Assembly: GCA_963716745.1 (NCBI GenBank)
Contig: OY970320.1
Span: 2,816,001-2,880,000 of the forward strand
Direction of reading: 5' to 3'
DNA: 64,000 bases
From: an uncultured Gemmatimonadaceae bacterium
GTDB taxonomy: Bacteria; Gemmatimonadota; Gemmatimonadetes; Gemmatimonadales; Gemmatimonadaceae
This document shows, piece after piece, positions 22,139 through 31,781 of the stretch. Every line of letters starts with the position of its first letter. Position 1 is the stretch's first letter. The notes under the pieces were generated by a model, which saw only the letters and a program-made list of their open reading frames with translations, did no database searches and had not been told where the DNA came from. The position numbers were made by a program, and so were the translations under genes.

Positions 22139-22198
22139 CGAACTGCTCCGGGGAGATCGGGAGCCGCATAGTCGCAGGCGGGCGGTACGCTCGCGAGT

Positions 22199-22230
22199 GC
22201 CACTTATCGCAAGACTGTGATAGCCACTTA
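22199..22230. promoter_or_regulatory. Candidate MocR-family operator (direct repeat GCCACTTA)
   Basis: GCCACTTA at 22199-22206 and 22223-22230, between the divergent MocR gene and the DUF1579/NIPSNAP operon. Confidence 0.45.
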
Positions 22231-22321
22231 AGTTAGAGAAACGGCTGGCGCCAGGAGGAGCCGCCCCACATCATCACTCCGAAGCGGTCCGCCCCCTGTC
22301 ACGCTCCCAACCGATCGGTCA

Positions 22322-23812
22322 ATGACCACTCCGCGGGTCCGCCGCCGCGCGAAGAGCACGACGAGCCCCGACATCCTCGCGCACCTCCCCCTCCGGCGAG
22401 GCGCCAAGCTCCCGCTCCATCGACAGATCTACGACGGCATTCGACGCGCCATCCTCGACGGATCGCTGCGCCCGGGCCAGCGGCTGCCGTCCACGCGCAC
22501 GCTCGCGGTGGAACTGCACGTCTCACGGCTGCCCGTGCTCACGGCGTACGAGCAATTGCTCCACGAGGGCTACCTCGAGGGCCGCGTGGGGTCCGGCACC
22601 TTCGTGAGCGAGGCAATGCCGGAGGATGCGATGCACGCCGTGCCGCGCACGCGCGCGGAGACGCTGGCCGCGAAGCGGCGCGCCCCGCGCGCGGCACTGC
22701 CCGTGCGCGATGAGGGCGGACTCCGCCCATTTCGCATGAGCCTCCCCGCGCTCGACCACTTCCCGCACGCGCTCTGGGCGCGCCTCGTCGCGCGGCATGC
22801 GCGCGCGATGACGCCCATGCAAATGGCGTATGGGAACCCGGCCGGACTGGACGCACTGCGCACCGCGGTCGCCGCGCACCTGCGCACGTCGCGCGCCGTG
22901 CGCTGCGAGGCGGACCAAGTGCTCATCGTCTCCGGATCGCAGGCCGCGCTGCGCATCTGCGCCACGGTGCTGCTCGGGCCGGGCGACCGGATCGCGATCG
23001 AGGAACCGGGCTACGAGGGCGCGCAGTGGGCGCTCGTCGCGAGCGGCGCACATCTGGCACCGGTGGGCGTGGACGCAGAGGGGATGGATGTGGATGAGCT
23101 CAATGCACTCGGCGCACGCACGCGGGCCGCCTACGTCACGCCGTCGCATCAGTATCCCATGGGCGCGTCAATGTCGGTCGCGCGGCGGCTCGCGCTGCTC
23201 GAGTGGGCCGAGCGGCGCGGCGCGTGGCTCATCGAAGATGACTACGACAGCGAGTACCGCTACGTGAGCCGCCCGCTCGCGGCGCTGCAGGGAATGGACA
23301 CGCGCGGCCGCGTGGTGTACGTCGGCACGTTCAGCAAGGTGCTCTTCCCGGCGCTGCGCGTGGGATATCTCGTGGTGCCGCCCGCGCTCTGGGACGATTT
23401 CGTGGCCGCGCGCGAGGCGCTCGACATTTTCTCGCCAACGCTCTACCAGTTGGCGCTCGCGGAATTCCTACGTGACGGGCACTTCGCGCGCCACCTCCGC
23501 CGTTCGCGAACACTGTATCTGGGCCGCCGCAACGCGCTGCTCGCCGGCGTGGCCCGGCATTGCGAGGGACTCCTCACCGTGCACAACGCGGACGCAGGAT
23601 TGCATGTGTCCACGCTGCTGCCCTCGGGGGTGAACGACGTCGCCGTGGTGCGGCGCATGCGCGAGCGCGGACTGACCGCGACCGCGCTCTCCACGCGCTA
23701 TGTGGGCGCGCACCGGCGCAGCGGACTGCTGCTGGGATTCGGCGGATGGAGCGAACGCCGGATCGCGGAGGCGACCGCCGTCCTCGGTGAGGTCCTGCGC
23801 GAGTTCGCATAA
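22322..23812 (+). CDS. MocR/GabR-family PLP-dependent GntR regulator
   Basis: GntR wHTH LPSTRTLAVELHVSRLPVLTAYEQL; aminotransferase-like domain TPSHQYP, IEDDYDSEY and GTFSKVLFPALRVGY. Confidence 0.92.
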   Translation: MTTPRVRRRAKSTTSPDILAHLPLRRGAKLPLHRQIYDGIRRAILDGSLRPGQRLPSTRTLAVELHVSRLPVLTAYEQLLHEGYLEGRVGSGTFVSEAMPEDAMHAVPRTRAETLAAKRRAPRAALPVRDEGGLRPFRMSLPALDHFPHALWARLVARHARAMTPMQMAYGNPAGLDALRTAVAAHLRTSRAVRCEADQVLIVSGSQAALRICATVLLGPGDRIAIEEPGYEGAQWALVASGAHLAPVGVDAEGMDVDELNALGARTRAAYVTPSHQYPMGASMSVARRLALLEWAERRGAWLIEDDYDSEYRYVSRPLAALQGMDTRGRVVYVGTFSKVLFPALRVGYLVVPPALWDDFVAAREALDIFSPTLYQLALAEFLRDGHFARHLRRSRTLYLGRRNALLAGVARHCEGLLTVHNADAGLHVSTLLPSGVNDVAVVRRMRERGLTATALSTRYVGAHRRSGLLLGFGGWSERRIAEATAVLGEVLREFA

Positions 23813-23883
23813 CGGCGCGCCGCAGTTCGAGTCAGACGCACGCGTCTCCGCGGAGGCTCCGCGGACTCACGTCGTCAGCTGTC

Positions 23884-23916
23884 TTGACAATGCATAAGTC
23901 ATCACTTATACATTGT
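23884..23916 (+). promoter_or_regulatory. Sigma70 promoter overlapped by a palindromic ArsR operator
   Basis: TTGACA at 23884-23889; inverted repeat ACAATG-C-ATAAGT-catc-ACTTAT-A-CATTGT at 23887-23916, just upstream of ATG 23920. Confidence 0.75.
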
Positions 23917-23919
23917 CGC

Positions 23920-24237
23920 ATGCGACGCGAAGACACGCTCTTCCGCGCCCTGGCCGATCCCAGCCGGCGGCGCATCCTCGAACGGCTCACCCGCGGCGAG
24001 GCGGCGGTGAAGGACCTCACCGCGCGATTCGACATCTCGCAGCCGGCCGTCTCCCAGCACCTGGCCGCTCTGCGCAAGGCCGGCCTCGTGCGGGAGAGAC
24101 GCGCCGGCCGCCTCGTGTACTACCGCGTCGAGCCCAAGGGTCTTCGCCCGTTGGTTGATTGGCTCTCCCACTACGAGGCGTTCTGGCACGACCGCCTCGG
24201 CAAACTCCAGGCCCTGCTCAAGGAGATGGACGCATGA
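23920..24237 (+). CDS. ArsR/SmtB family transcriptional regulator
   Basis: FRALADPSRRRIL...ISQPAVSQHLAALRKAGLV. Confidence 0.92.
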   Translation: MRREDTLFRALADPSRRRILERLTRGEAAVKDLTARFDISQPAVSQHLAALRKAGLVRERRAGRLVYYRVEPKGLRPLVDWLSHYEAFWHDRLGKLQALLKEMDA

Positions 24238-24677
24238 CCGCGACATCGAAGACGAATACCAAGTCGGTCACGATGGAGTACGACCTGCCGCACGCGCCTG
24301 CCAAAGTCTGGCGCGCGCTCACGGATCCCGAGCTGGTCTCGAAATGGCTGATGAAGTCGGACATGACGTCGAACGTCGGCGCCAAGTTCACCTTCACCGC
24401 CAAGCCCATGGGCTCATGGGATGGAACAGTCCGCTGCGAGATCCTGGAATCGGTGCCGAACAAGAAGCTCAGCTACACGTGGCAGAGCGGACCGCCCGAG
24501 AACATGGTGGACACCGTCGTCACGTGGACGCTCACGCCCACTCCGGACGGCGGCACGAAGCTCTCGATCGTGCACTCCGGCTTCCAGCCCAAGGACAGCG
24601 ATACGTACGACGCGGTGAACGGCGGCTGGAGGGGGAACATCGATTCGAAGCTCCGCGCCGTGCTCGCGGCATTGTAG
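24234..24677 (+). CDS. SRPBCC/AHSA1 domain protein
   Basis: KVWRALTDPELVSKWLM, LSYTW and VTWTLTP...TKLSIVHSGF; typical partner of ArsR. Confidence 0.88.
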   Translation: MTATSKTNTKSVTMEYDLPHAPAKVWRALTDPELVSKWLMKSDMTSNVGAKFTFTAKPMGSWDGTVRCEILESVPNKKLSYTWQSGPPENMVDTVVTWTLTPTPDGGTKLSIVHSGFQPKDSDTYDAVNGGWRGNIDSKLRAVLAAL

Positions 24678-24756
24678 TCCCGCCGCAGCCGGATAACATT
24701 GAGTCTCCGGGCGTGCGCACCCCGCGCCGCCCGGAGCACTCAATGGAGCGCGTGCC

Positions 24757-25026
24757 ATGTGCCGGAACATCAAGACGCTCTACAATTTCGATCCGCCGGT
24801 CACGGACGATGAGATCCGCGCCGCTTCGGTGCAGTTCGTTCGCAAGGTGAGCGGATTCAACACGCCGTCGAAAGCGAATGAGGCGGCGTTCGCGGCGGCG
24901 GTCGAGGAGATCGCGGTGATCTCGCGCACGCTGCTCGACTCGCTCCGCACCAACGCGCCGCCACGGAATCGCGAAGAGGAAGCGGCGAAGGCGCGTGCCC
25001 GCGCCGCCGAGCGATTCGCGAATTGA
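24757..25026 (+). CDS. DUF2277 family protein
   Basis: MCRNIKTLYNFDPPVTDDEIRAASVQFVRKVSG. Confidence 0.85.
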   Translation: MCRNIKTLYNFDPPVTDDEIRAASVQFVRKVSGFNTPSKANEAAFAAAVEEIAVISRTLLDSLRTNAPPRNREEEAAKARARAAERFAN

Positions 25027-25826
25027 TCGTCGCACTCGCGTCGCCTAGGCCAGCCACATCGCTCGAGGACGGCCTGGAGAAGATCGAGCGCGCGATCGCC
25101 GAAGCGGCGTCGCGCGGCGCGCGCATCGTTTGCTTTCCCGAGGCGTACTTGCCGGGGCTTCGCGGGCAGGACTTCGACGTGATCCCGTGGGATGCCGCGA
25201 CGCAGGATCGCGTGCTCGGCGACGCCGCGCAATTGTCGCGCGAACATCACATCGCGGTGATCCTCGGACTCGAGTGGATCACACCGGCCGGCCGTCAGAT
25301 CGCCGCCGCGGTGATCGACGCTCGGGGCGAGCAACTCGGCGCGCAACTCAAGACGCAACTCGATCCGAGCGAGGATCGCTTCTATGTGCCCGGCGATTCG
25401 CGCATGATGTTCGAGATCGAGGGGCTCAAGTTCGGCATCGCGATCTGTCACGAGGGGTGGCGCTATCCCGAGACCGTGCGGTGGGCCGCAATGCGCGGTG
25501 CGCAGATCGTCTTCCACCCGCAGCTCACCGGCAACGAGCGATCGGGCGCGCGGCTCACGACGTGGGGGTCTAGCGAGGCGCCGTACTACGAGCGCGCGAT
25601 GATGATGCGCAGCGTCGAGAACTCGATCTATTTTGCGAGCGTGAATTATGCGGTGCGATACCAGGAGGCGGCGACGAGCATCATTGCGCCGAACGGAGAA
25701 TGCGTCGCACATCTGCCGTACAACGAACCGGGCGTGCTCGTGTACGACCTCGATCTCGCCGCTGCCACCGGCATCCTCGCGAAGCGCTACGCGCCTGAAC
25801 GCTACCGAGTGGAGGTGCAGCAATGA
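25023..25826 (+). CDS. Carbon-nitrogen hydrolase (nitrilase superfamily)
   Basis: Catalytic triad motifs CFPE, LKTQL and ICHE. Confidence 0.85.
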   Translation: MIVALASPRPATSLEDGLEKIERAIAEAASRGARIVCFPEAYLPGLRGQDFDVIPWDAATQDRVLGDAAQLSREHHIAVILGLEWITPAGRQIAAAVIDARGEQLGAQLKTQLDPSEDRFYVPGDSRMMFEIEGLKFGIAICHEGWRYPETVRWAAMRGAQIVFHPQLTGNERSGARLTTWGSSEAPYYERAMMMRSVENSIYFASVNYAVRYQEAATSIIAPNGECVAHLPYNEPGVLVYDLDLAAATGILAKRYAPERYRVEVQQ

Positions 25827-26221
25827 GGATGGGCCCAGCCGCGAAGGACATCGACGAGTATATCGCGCGTTTCCCGATCGACGTGCAGCCCGTTTTGAAG
25901 AAAGTGCGCGCGACGGTCAAGAAGGCTGCGCCCGGAGCGGAGGAGGGGATCAGCTACGGAATGCCCGTGTTCAAGCAGCACGGGAGTCTCGTGTACTTCG
26001 GCGGCTTCAAGCATCACATCGGATTCTTCCCTACGAGCAAACCCATCCAAGCGTTCAAGAAGGAACTCGCGGGCTACGAGACCTCAAAGGGCACGGTGCG
26101 GTTCCCGCTCGACGCACCTGTCCCGTACGCGCTCATCACGCGCATCGTGAAGTTCCGGGTGAAGGACGCGAAGGCGAAGGCGAAGCGCGCTAGTGCCAAG
26201 GCGGCCCGGTATAGCCCTTGA
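25823..26221 (+). CDS. DUF1801/YdhG-like protein
   Basis: IDEYIARFP...ISYGMP...FKHHIGFFP...SKGTVRFP. Confidence 0.85.
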   Translation: MRMGPAAKDIDEYIARFPIDVQPVLKKVRATVKKAAPGAEEGISYGMPVFKQHGSLVYFGGFKHHIGFFPTSKPIQAFKKELAGYETSKGTVRFPLDAPVPYALITRIVKFRVKDAKAKAKRASAKAARYSP

Positions 26222-28949
26222 AGCAGGAGACCTGCGGCGGTTTGAGTTGGCACACGCCGCCGGTCACGGTGATCCGGTTGGCGAAGGCGAGCGCGGCGGT
26301 CTCGTCGAATCCGTTGTCGAGCACGAAGAAGAACTCCTGCACCACGCTGCTCGACGAGATGCCGCTCAGGTCGGAGAGTTGAGGATCCTCGCCGATCGTG
26401 AGGCTCTGTCCCGAGAGCGTGCCGAGGTTCACGGTGGTGAGCGACGGATTCCCCGAGAAATCCAGCGTCGTCGAGAACGTCGCACCGTTCATGTCGATCG
26501 CCGTGAGCGCGCTCATCTGGCCGATCTCGATGCTCGTCGCGGTCACATGACCTACCTGCACATGAGTCAGCTTCGTTCCGCCGATCGTGAAGCCGTTCGA
26601 CGGACCGTTCACGTCGCCAAGCCGTGAGAGCGTCGTGAGGTCGGGCGTATTGATGAACACGAACTGCAACGGCAATCCGGCCGGCAGATTCACCGCGGTG
26701 AGTCCCGTTGCCGAGGCGATGTTCAGATTCTGCAGGCTCGTGAGACCGCTCAACGACACGGTGCCCGGCGCGGCCCACGCGCCGAACCCCGATCCGATCT
26801 GCAGCGTGGTCACGACGGTCAGGCAGGGGAGATCCACGCTGCCCACCACGCCTTCGAGATCGAGAGCGCCATTGATCTGCCCCACATCGGCGATCGCGGC
26901 GAGCCCCAATGCGCTCGCGACGAGCACATCGCCGTTCACCACGCGCCCGCATCCGCTCGCGACATGGAGCGTGAACGCCTTGTCCGCCGTCTGCGTTCCA
27001 CTCGTCACGCGAAAGGTGACTGGCGCATCGCCCGCCACCGTCGGCGTGCCGCTCAGCACGCCGTTCGCTCCATTGAGCATGATGCCGTTCGGCAGCGCGC
27101 CCATCACGAGCTGCCAGGCATAGGTGCCCGTGCCGGCGGTCGCCTTGAGCGTATCGGCGTATGCCACTCCCGTCGTGCCGTCTCTCAGCGCGACATTCGT
27201 GATGACCGGCACACTCGTGCCGCGGAATTTCACCACGACATGCGCCAGCACCGCGTTGCCGGAGACGAGTCCCAGATACTGCGCGCCGCAGCCATCCCCA
27301 TTCCGCTTGAGCGAGACATCCATGTCCACATCACCGTCCAGCGTGATCGACGCCGCGGCGCGCAACTGCGCCAGCGTCCGCTCCACCGGCGGCGACAAGT
27401 ACGCTCCCGCACCGTTCGGCGAGAGCATCGACTCTACGCCGTTCTCGGCTCGCAGCGCGATCGTCTCGGCACTCGGCGCGCCATCGGGGCAGCGCATCGC
27501 GTTCAGGCGCTGGCTGAGCACGAGCTTCCCGTTCGTCGTCGCGATCGTCGCGGACGCGAGCGTGTCGAACTGCACGGGCGACACGCCGCCCAGCGTTCCC
27601 TGCGCGAGCGTGGCGCCGATGCTGTCGTCGATCTCCCAGTGGAAGCGCGCGGTGCACAGATGCGCGTCGCGGGTAAGGTCGATCAGCGAGAACGTCGAGA
27701 GCGCATCGCCGCCGGTCTGCTCGAACACGAGCAGGCGCTGCATGATCGTGCCGGTGCCATCGCTCGTGCAGAGCGCGTATGCGCCGTTCCGCATCTGGTT
27801 CACCACGGCCTGTCCGCTGCTCTCGAGACGCGATTCCGTGGCGTCCAACCCGCCGTACGCCTTGAAGAACGCGTCGAGGTCCACGACACCGCGCGCGATC
27901 CCGATCAGTGAGTCGACGCCCACAGTGCTCGTGGAATCGAAGGCCGCCCGGCGCCGCTGCACGCCGGCGAGCACCTCGGTGGTCTCGCTGTCGAGCGCGG
28001 CGTCGACGCTCGCATGCAGATCGGGATCGTTCGCGCACGGGCCGTCCGCGGCGACCGGCAGCATCTCGGCGCCAATGCGCTGCCAGTCGGCGAGGAGATG
28101 CACGTTGCCTACCAGTTGTTCGGCATCGTCGTACACCGGCGCGCGGAGCACGCCGATCACGAGATCGAAGCGGTTGCACACGTTGTCGTGCCACGCGAGC
28201 GCCAGCGTATGTGCGGGCTCATCGGTCACCGGCTGTACGAGCAGCAGCGATTGCATCGACGCGAGCGCACCATCGCCGGCCGCGGGACTTGCATCGACGC
28301 GGACGCGGTCCACGGCGGCCTGCGCTGCCGCGACGACTGCCGCAAAGGTGGTCGTGAAACCTAGGATCTGCGTGACCTGCGAATCGGTGGGGATCGCAGA
28401 GAACCCCGCGCCGCGTCGTACTGATGGATGCGATACGCGGATCCTGCCGGATGCGGCTCCCGGCAGCCGCACCACGTTCGCTCTCACGGCGGCCGGCGCG
28501 ACGAACCCGAGCCATCGCGTGGTCGTGCTGAGACGGCAATGCGCGGCATCGTGCACGGTCGGGAGAAAAGCCGGCGCCGTTGACGGACCGAAGGCGATGA
28601 GCGTCGAATCGGTGATGGCCGGCTCGTTCGCCGGGAGCGTGATCGTGAGCGTGACCGGCAGCGCGAATTCCAATCCCGCGGGCTTCGCTTCGACGGAGAA
28701 AAGCTGGTTCGCGCCCGCCGTCACAGGCGTGAGCGAGATCGTCACCGTGTCGGTGAGTGCTCCCGCGGGCACAACGAGCGTGATGGATCCGCTGTCGCCA
28801 AGCGTAGCGACGACTTGGCCGCCGGCCGCGCCGATCACAGCCTTTCCGGGCTGTGGCGGCATGCCTGAACCCGGCCCGGTGTTGTCCGAGCAGCCGGCAG
28901 TCACGGCGGCGGCGATCGCGGTGCGGAACAGTGTGGAGCGCATTCTCAT
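26190..28949 (-). CDS. Large lipoprotein with ZU5-like N-domain, putative Ig domain and receptor-L/LRR-like C-terminus
   Basis: GGGAGG RBS, lipobox TAGC, IGAAGG...VPAGAL...PAGLEF..PVTL (ZU5-like), GALPNGIMLNG..GVLSGTPT (He_PIG-like) and leucine-spaced repeats at the C-terminus. Confidence 0.65.
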   Translation of the reverse strand: MRMRSTLFRTAIAAAVTAGCSDNTGPGSGMPPQPGKAVIGAAGGQVVATLGDSGSITLVVPAGALTDTVTISLTPVTAGANQLFSVEAKPAGLEFALPVTLTITLPANEPAITDSTLIAFGPSTAPAFLPTVHDAAHCRLSTTTRWLGFVAPAAVRANVVRLPGAASGRIRVSHPSVRRGAGFSAIPTDSQVTQILGFTTTFAAVVAAAQAAVDRVRVDASPAAGDGALASMQSLLLVQPVTDEPAHTLALAWHDNVCNRFDLVIGVLRAPVYDDAEQLVGNVHLLADWQRIGAEMLPVAADGPCANDPDLHASVDAALDSETTEVLAGVQRRRAAFDSTSTVGVDSLIGIARGVVDLDAFFKAYGGLDATESRLESSGQAVVNQMRNGAYALCTSDGTGTIMQRLLVFEQTGGDALSTFSLIDLTRDAHLCTARFHWEIDDSIGATLAQGTLGGVSPVQFDTLASATIATTNGKLVLSQRLNAMRCPDGAPSAETIALRAENGVESMLSPNGAGAYLSPPVERTLAQLRAAASITLDGDVDMDVSLKRNGDGCGAQYLGLVSGNAVLAHVVVKFRGTSVPVITNVALRDGTTGVAYADTLKATAGTGTYAWQLVMGALPNGIMLNGANGVLSGTPTVAGDAPVTFRVTSGTQTADKAFTLHVASGCGRVVNGDVLVASALGLAAIADVGQINGALDLEGVVGSVDLPCLTVVTTLQIGSGFGAWAAPGTVSLSGLTSLQNLNIASATGLTAVNLPAGLPLQFVFINTPDLTTLSRLGDVNGPSNGFTIGGTKLTHVQVGHVTATSIEIGQMSALTAIDMNGATFSTTLDFSGNPSLTTVNLGTLSGQSLTIGEDPQLSDLSGISSSSVVQEFFFVLDNGFDETAALAFANRITVTGGVCQLKPPQVSCFKGYTGPPWH

Positions 28950-29036
28950 CGCCGTCACCTCCCGGCCCAAGTATAGCCCCGAATCGGAACGCGCGTTCGC
29001 CGAAACCCGGTGCGCCACGCATCGTACGGGTCATCG

Positions 29037-29972
29037 ATGAACTTCCGACCCGTGATCGCCGCCGTATTCCTCTGCGGCGCATGCGCGAACTCGAACGATT
29101 CTCCTAATGCGCCCGTGCCGATCAACACCGGCACTGGCTGGTCGGACTCGCCCTTCATCTCGCGCGACGGGCAGCGTCTCTACTTCATGTACTCGCGCTA
29201 CAACTTCGCGCCGTACATCAAGAGCGGCGGCAAGACCGCCCCCGTGCTCAGCGGTCCCGACCGTCCCGGTCTCCACCATAGCAACAATCCGTGGGATGAG
29301 TCGGACATCTACATGTCCACGAAGAATTCGAACGGAACGTGGGGCGAGCCGGTCGCACTCGGGCTCAATGGTCCGTACGGCGACGCCGGCGGTATGGAGA
29401 TCGACAACGGGAATACCTTCGTCTGGCTGCAGGGCAATGGCGTCACCGCCAACAACATCGTGATCGCCACCAAGAATTCCGACGGCAGCTGGGGCCCCGC
29501 GACGGATCCGGGTATCAACGATCACGTGCCCAACGTGGTGCAGGACAATCCATTCCTGAACCCCGGCGGCGACACGCTCGTGTGGATGTCCACGCGCGCG
29601 GGCGGACATGGAGGCAAGGATCTTTGGATGTCGGCCAAGTCTGGCGGCGTCTGGAGTTCGCCTGTGAACCTCGGCACGCCGATCAACACCACGGGCGACG
29701 AGGATCAATTCTGGCGCTCGGGCCCCGGCACCGATGCGTACTGGAACGGCCCGCAGGGGATCACGCATTGCGCGATGACCGCGCTCACCTGCACGAATGC
29801 GCCGGCCGTCGTGCCGATCCCGGGCTGCGCATACTCGGCTGAGGCGAGCATGCCGGACGACGGCCAGACGATCTACTTCGGATGCGTGGATGCCGGCATC
29901 ACGAAGATCACGATCATGTACTCGGTGAAGCAGACCGACGGCAGCTGGGGCGCCGCGATCCCAGTGGACTGA
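29037..29972 (+). CDS. WD40-like (PD40) beta-propeller lipoprotein
   Basis: Lipobox region CGAC, PFISRDGQRLYF, GGHGGKDLW and PVNLGTPINT. Confidence 0.75.
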   Translation: MNFRPVIAAVFLCGACANSNDSPNAPVPINTGTGWSDSPFISRDGQRLYFMYSRYNFAPYIKSGGKTAPVLSGPDRPGLHHSNNPWDESDIYMSTKNSNGTWGEPVALGLNGPYGDAGGMEIDNGNTFVWLQGNGVTANNIVIATKNSDGSWGPATDPGINDHVPNVVQDNPFLNPGGDTLVWMSTRAGGHGGKDLWMSAKSGGVWSSPVNLGTPINTTGDEDQFWRSGPGTDAYWNGPQGITHCAMTALTCTNAPAVVPIPGCAYSAEASMPDDGQTIYFGCVDAGITKITIMYSVKQTDGSWGAAIPVD

Positions 29973-29974
29973 CT

Positions 29975-30943
29975 CTACTCCTCGCTGCTCGGCGCGCCGC
30001 CGCTGCGCGCCACCTGGTCCGCCTTCACGTTGCCGACGTTGAACTTCTTCGCCGAGCTCAGGAGCTTCTCTATAGTAGAGTCGAAATCCGGGTGCTTCTC
30101 CTTCACGAAGCGCAGGAAGTTGATCCGCGACACGACGAAGGCCTTGAGGTATGGACTCTCGAGGCCTTTCTCCTTGAGCCCCTTCACGGCCTCGTTCACA
30201 TACTCGTTCATCTCGAGCAGCTTGGCCGCGCGTTCGCGGCGCGTTTCGAGCGCTGCCGGGAGCTTGGCGCTCAGGAACTGATCTATCCGCTTGAGGATCG
30301 AGTGATAGGCGCCGCCCGAGAACCGGCCGTTCTCCTGGTAGCAGAGACCGAGCGTGATGAGCGCCGCTTCCTCGAACTCCTCGGCGTAGTCCTTCTCGGG
30401 GCGGTCATCCATTTCGGCCAGCGCCTGCGCGAGGCGTGAGACCTCGAGCGACCGCTCGCGCAGATTGTGGGCTTTCTCGGTATTGAGCGCGAGGATGCGA
30501 TGCGCCACTTCGGGCTCGGGCACCACGAGCGCGACGATCGTCCTCGCGCCGAGCTGCCGCATCGCGCCCAGCCGGTGATAGCCGTTGGGCGACCAATATT
30601 TCCCGTCGGCGGCGGGCACGGCGACGATGGGATCGAGGAAGCGGTCGAGCTTGTCGATCGCATCGGCGAGCCGGGCGACGTGCGCTTCCGAGAGATCGCG
30701 CTGGTAGGGCGTGGGTTCCACGATGTCGATCGGCAGGGAAGCCAGCACCTGCCAGCGGCTGCCGAGCGGATCGCGGTAGGAGGCGAGCACCACGCCGCCG
30801 TCGGCATCGATGCGTTTGGCGAGCGCCTCTACGGCGGCCGGCGCAGCGGTGGCGGTGAGCTTCGTGGCCTCGAGCCCGCGGGAGTGCGCGGCGCCGGCCT
30901 TCTTGGATTTCTTCGCGGGGCGTTTCTTCTTCGCGGTGGGCAT
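29975..30943 (-). CDS. Orphan ParB/Srx N-terminal domain protein
   Basis: PTPYQRDL...LADAI...FLDPIVAV...PNGYHRLGA...ALNTE; Lys-rich N-terminal tail; no parA nearby. Confidence 0.8.
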   Translation of the reverse strand: MPTAKKKRPAKKSKKAGAAHSRGLEATKLTATAAPAAVEALAKRIDADGGVVLASYRDPLGSRWQVLASLPIDIVEPTPYQRDLSEAHVARLADAIDKLDRFLDPIVAVPAADGKYWSPNGYHRLGAMRQLGARTIVALVVPEPEVAHRILALNTEKAHNLRERSLEVSRLAQALAEMDDRPEKDYAEEFEEAALITLGLCYQENGRFSGGAYHSILKRIDQFLSAKLPAALETRRERAAKLLEMNEYVNEAVKGLKEKGLESPYLKAFVVSRINFLRFVKEKHPDFDSTIEKLLSSAKKFNVGNVKADQVARSGGAPSSEE

Positions 30944-30999
30944 GGAGTGATTGTGCGCGGTCGCGGCCCGGGCGGCAACCCCCTACATTCGCGACCACG

Positions 31000-31695
31000 A
31001 TGGTCACTCCGCTGCCGCTAGCCGAGGTCCTCCGAGAGCTGAGACGGTACTATGGTAGGCCGCCGCGGCCCATCAGTACTGATCCCTTCCGGCTCATCCT
31101 TTGGGAACAGGTCGCCTACCTGGCTCCGGACAGCCGGCGCCGGAAGGCGTACGCCGCGCTGCGCGATCGCGTGGGGCTCGCTCCAGTGGAGATCCTCGCC
31201 GCACCCAATGCAACCCTCGTTCAGATCGCCAGGCTCGGCGGTTCGATCGCGGCCCCGACTCGCGCGGCGCGCATGAGAGACTCGGCGGAACGTGCGCTGG
31301 ATGCGCCGCGAACGCTTCGCGCGTCGCTCCGACTGCCGGTGAAGGAGGCGCGGCGGGTGCTCGCCGCCTTCCCGATGATCGGCGAGCCCGGCGCCGACAA
31401 GATCCTCGTATTCACCAAGTCGGCCAAACTGCTCCCGGTCGACTCGAATGGGCTGCGCGTGCTGGAGCGACTCGGCATCGCGCCGGGCGGGAGGGACTAT
31501 CGCGCGGCATATCGCGCGGCACAGGCGGGGGTGGCGCGGCAACTTCCGAGAACGTACGCGGCCTTGGCTGAGGGATATCACCTCCTTCGCGAACACGGGC
31601 AGGAACTGTGCCGGCGTTCGGCTCCGCGCTGCGCGCCGTGCCCGCTGAGCGCCGATTGTCCCGTGGGGCGGGCGACGTTGAATCGTGCGCGCTAG
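31000..31695 (+). CDS. HhH-GPD DNA glycosylase (endonuclease III-like) with 4Fe-4S motif
   Basis: HhH FPMIGEPGADKIL, PVDSN and C-x6-C-x2-C-x5-C (CRRSAPRCAPCPLSADC). Confidence 0.8.
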   Translation: MVTPLPLAEVLRELRRYYGRPPRPISTDPFRLILWEQVAYLAPDSRRRKAYAALRDRVGLAPVEILAAPNATLVQIARLGGSIAAPTRAARMRDSAERALDAPRTLRASLRLPVKEARRVLAAFPMIGEPGADKILVFTKSAKLLPVDSNGLRVLERLGIAPGGRDYRAAYRAAQAGVARQLPRTYAALAEGYHLLREHGQELCRRSAPRCAPCPLSADCPVGRATLNRAR

Positions 31696-31781
31696 CGCCA
31701 TTGAGACTCCGAACCGAGCCCGCCTTACCGCGAGAATCGACCAGTGCTAGGATCACCCTCCATGACAATCCGTCTCACGCG

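Noticed and set aside
29975..30943. Plasmid/prophage partition locus or defence system
   Set aside because: No parA, parS array, replication, phage or recognisable defence genes adjacent; the window is chromosomal (str locus).
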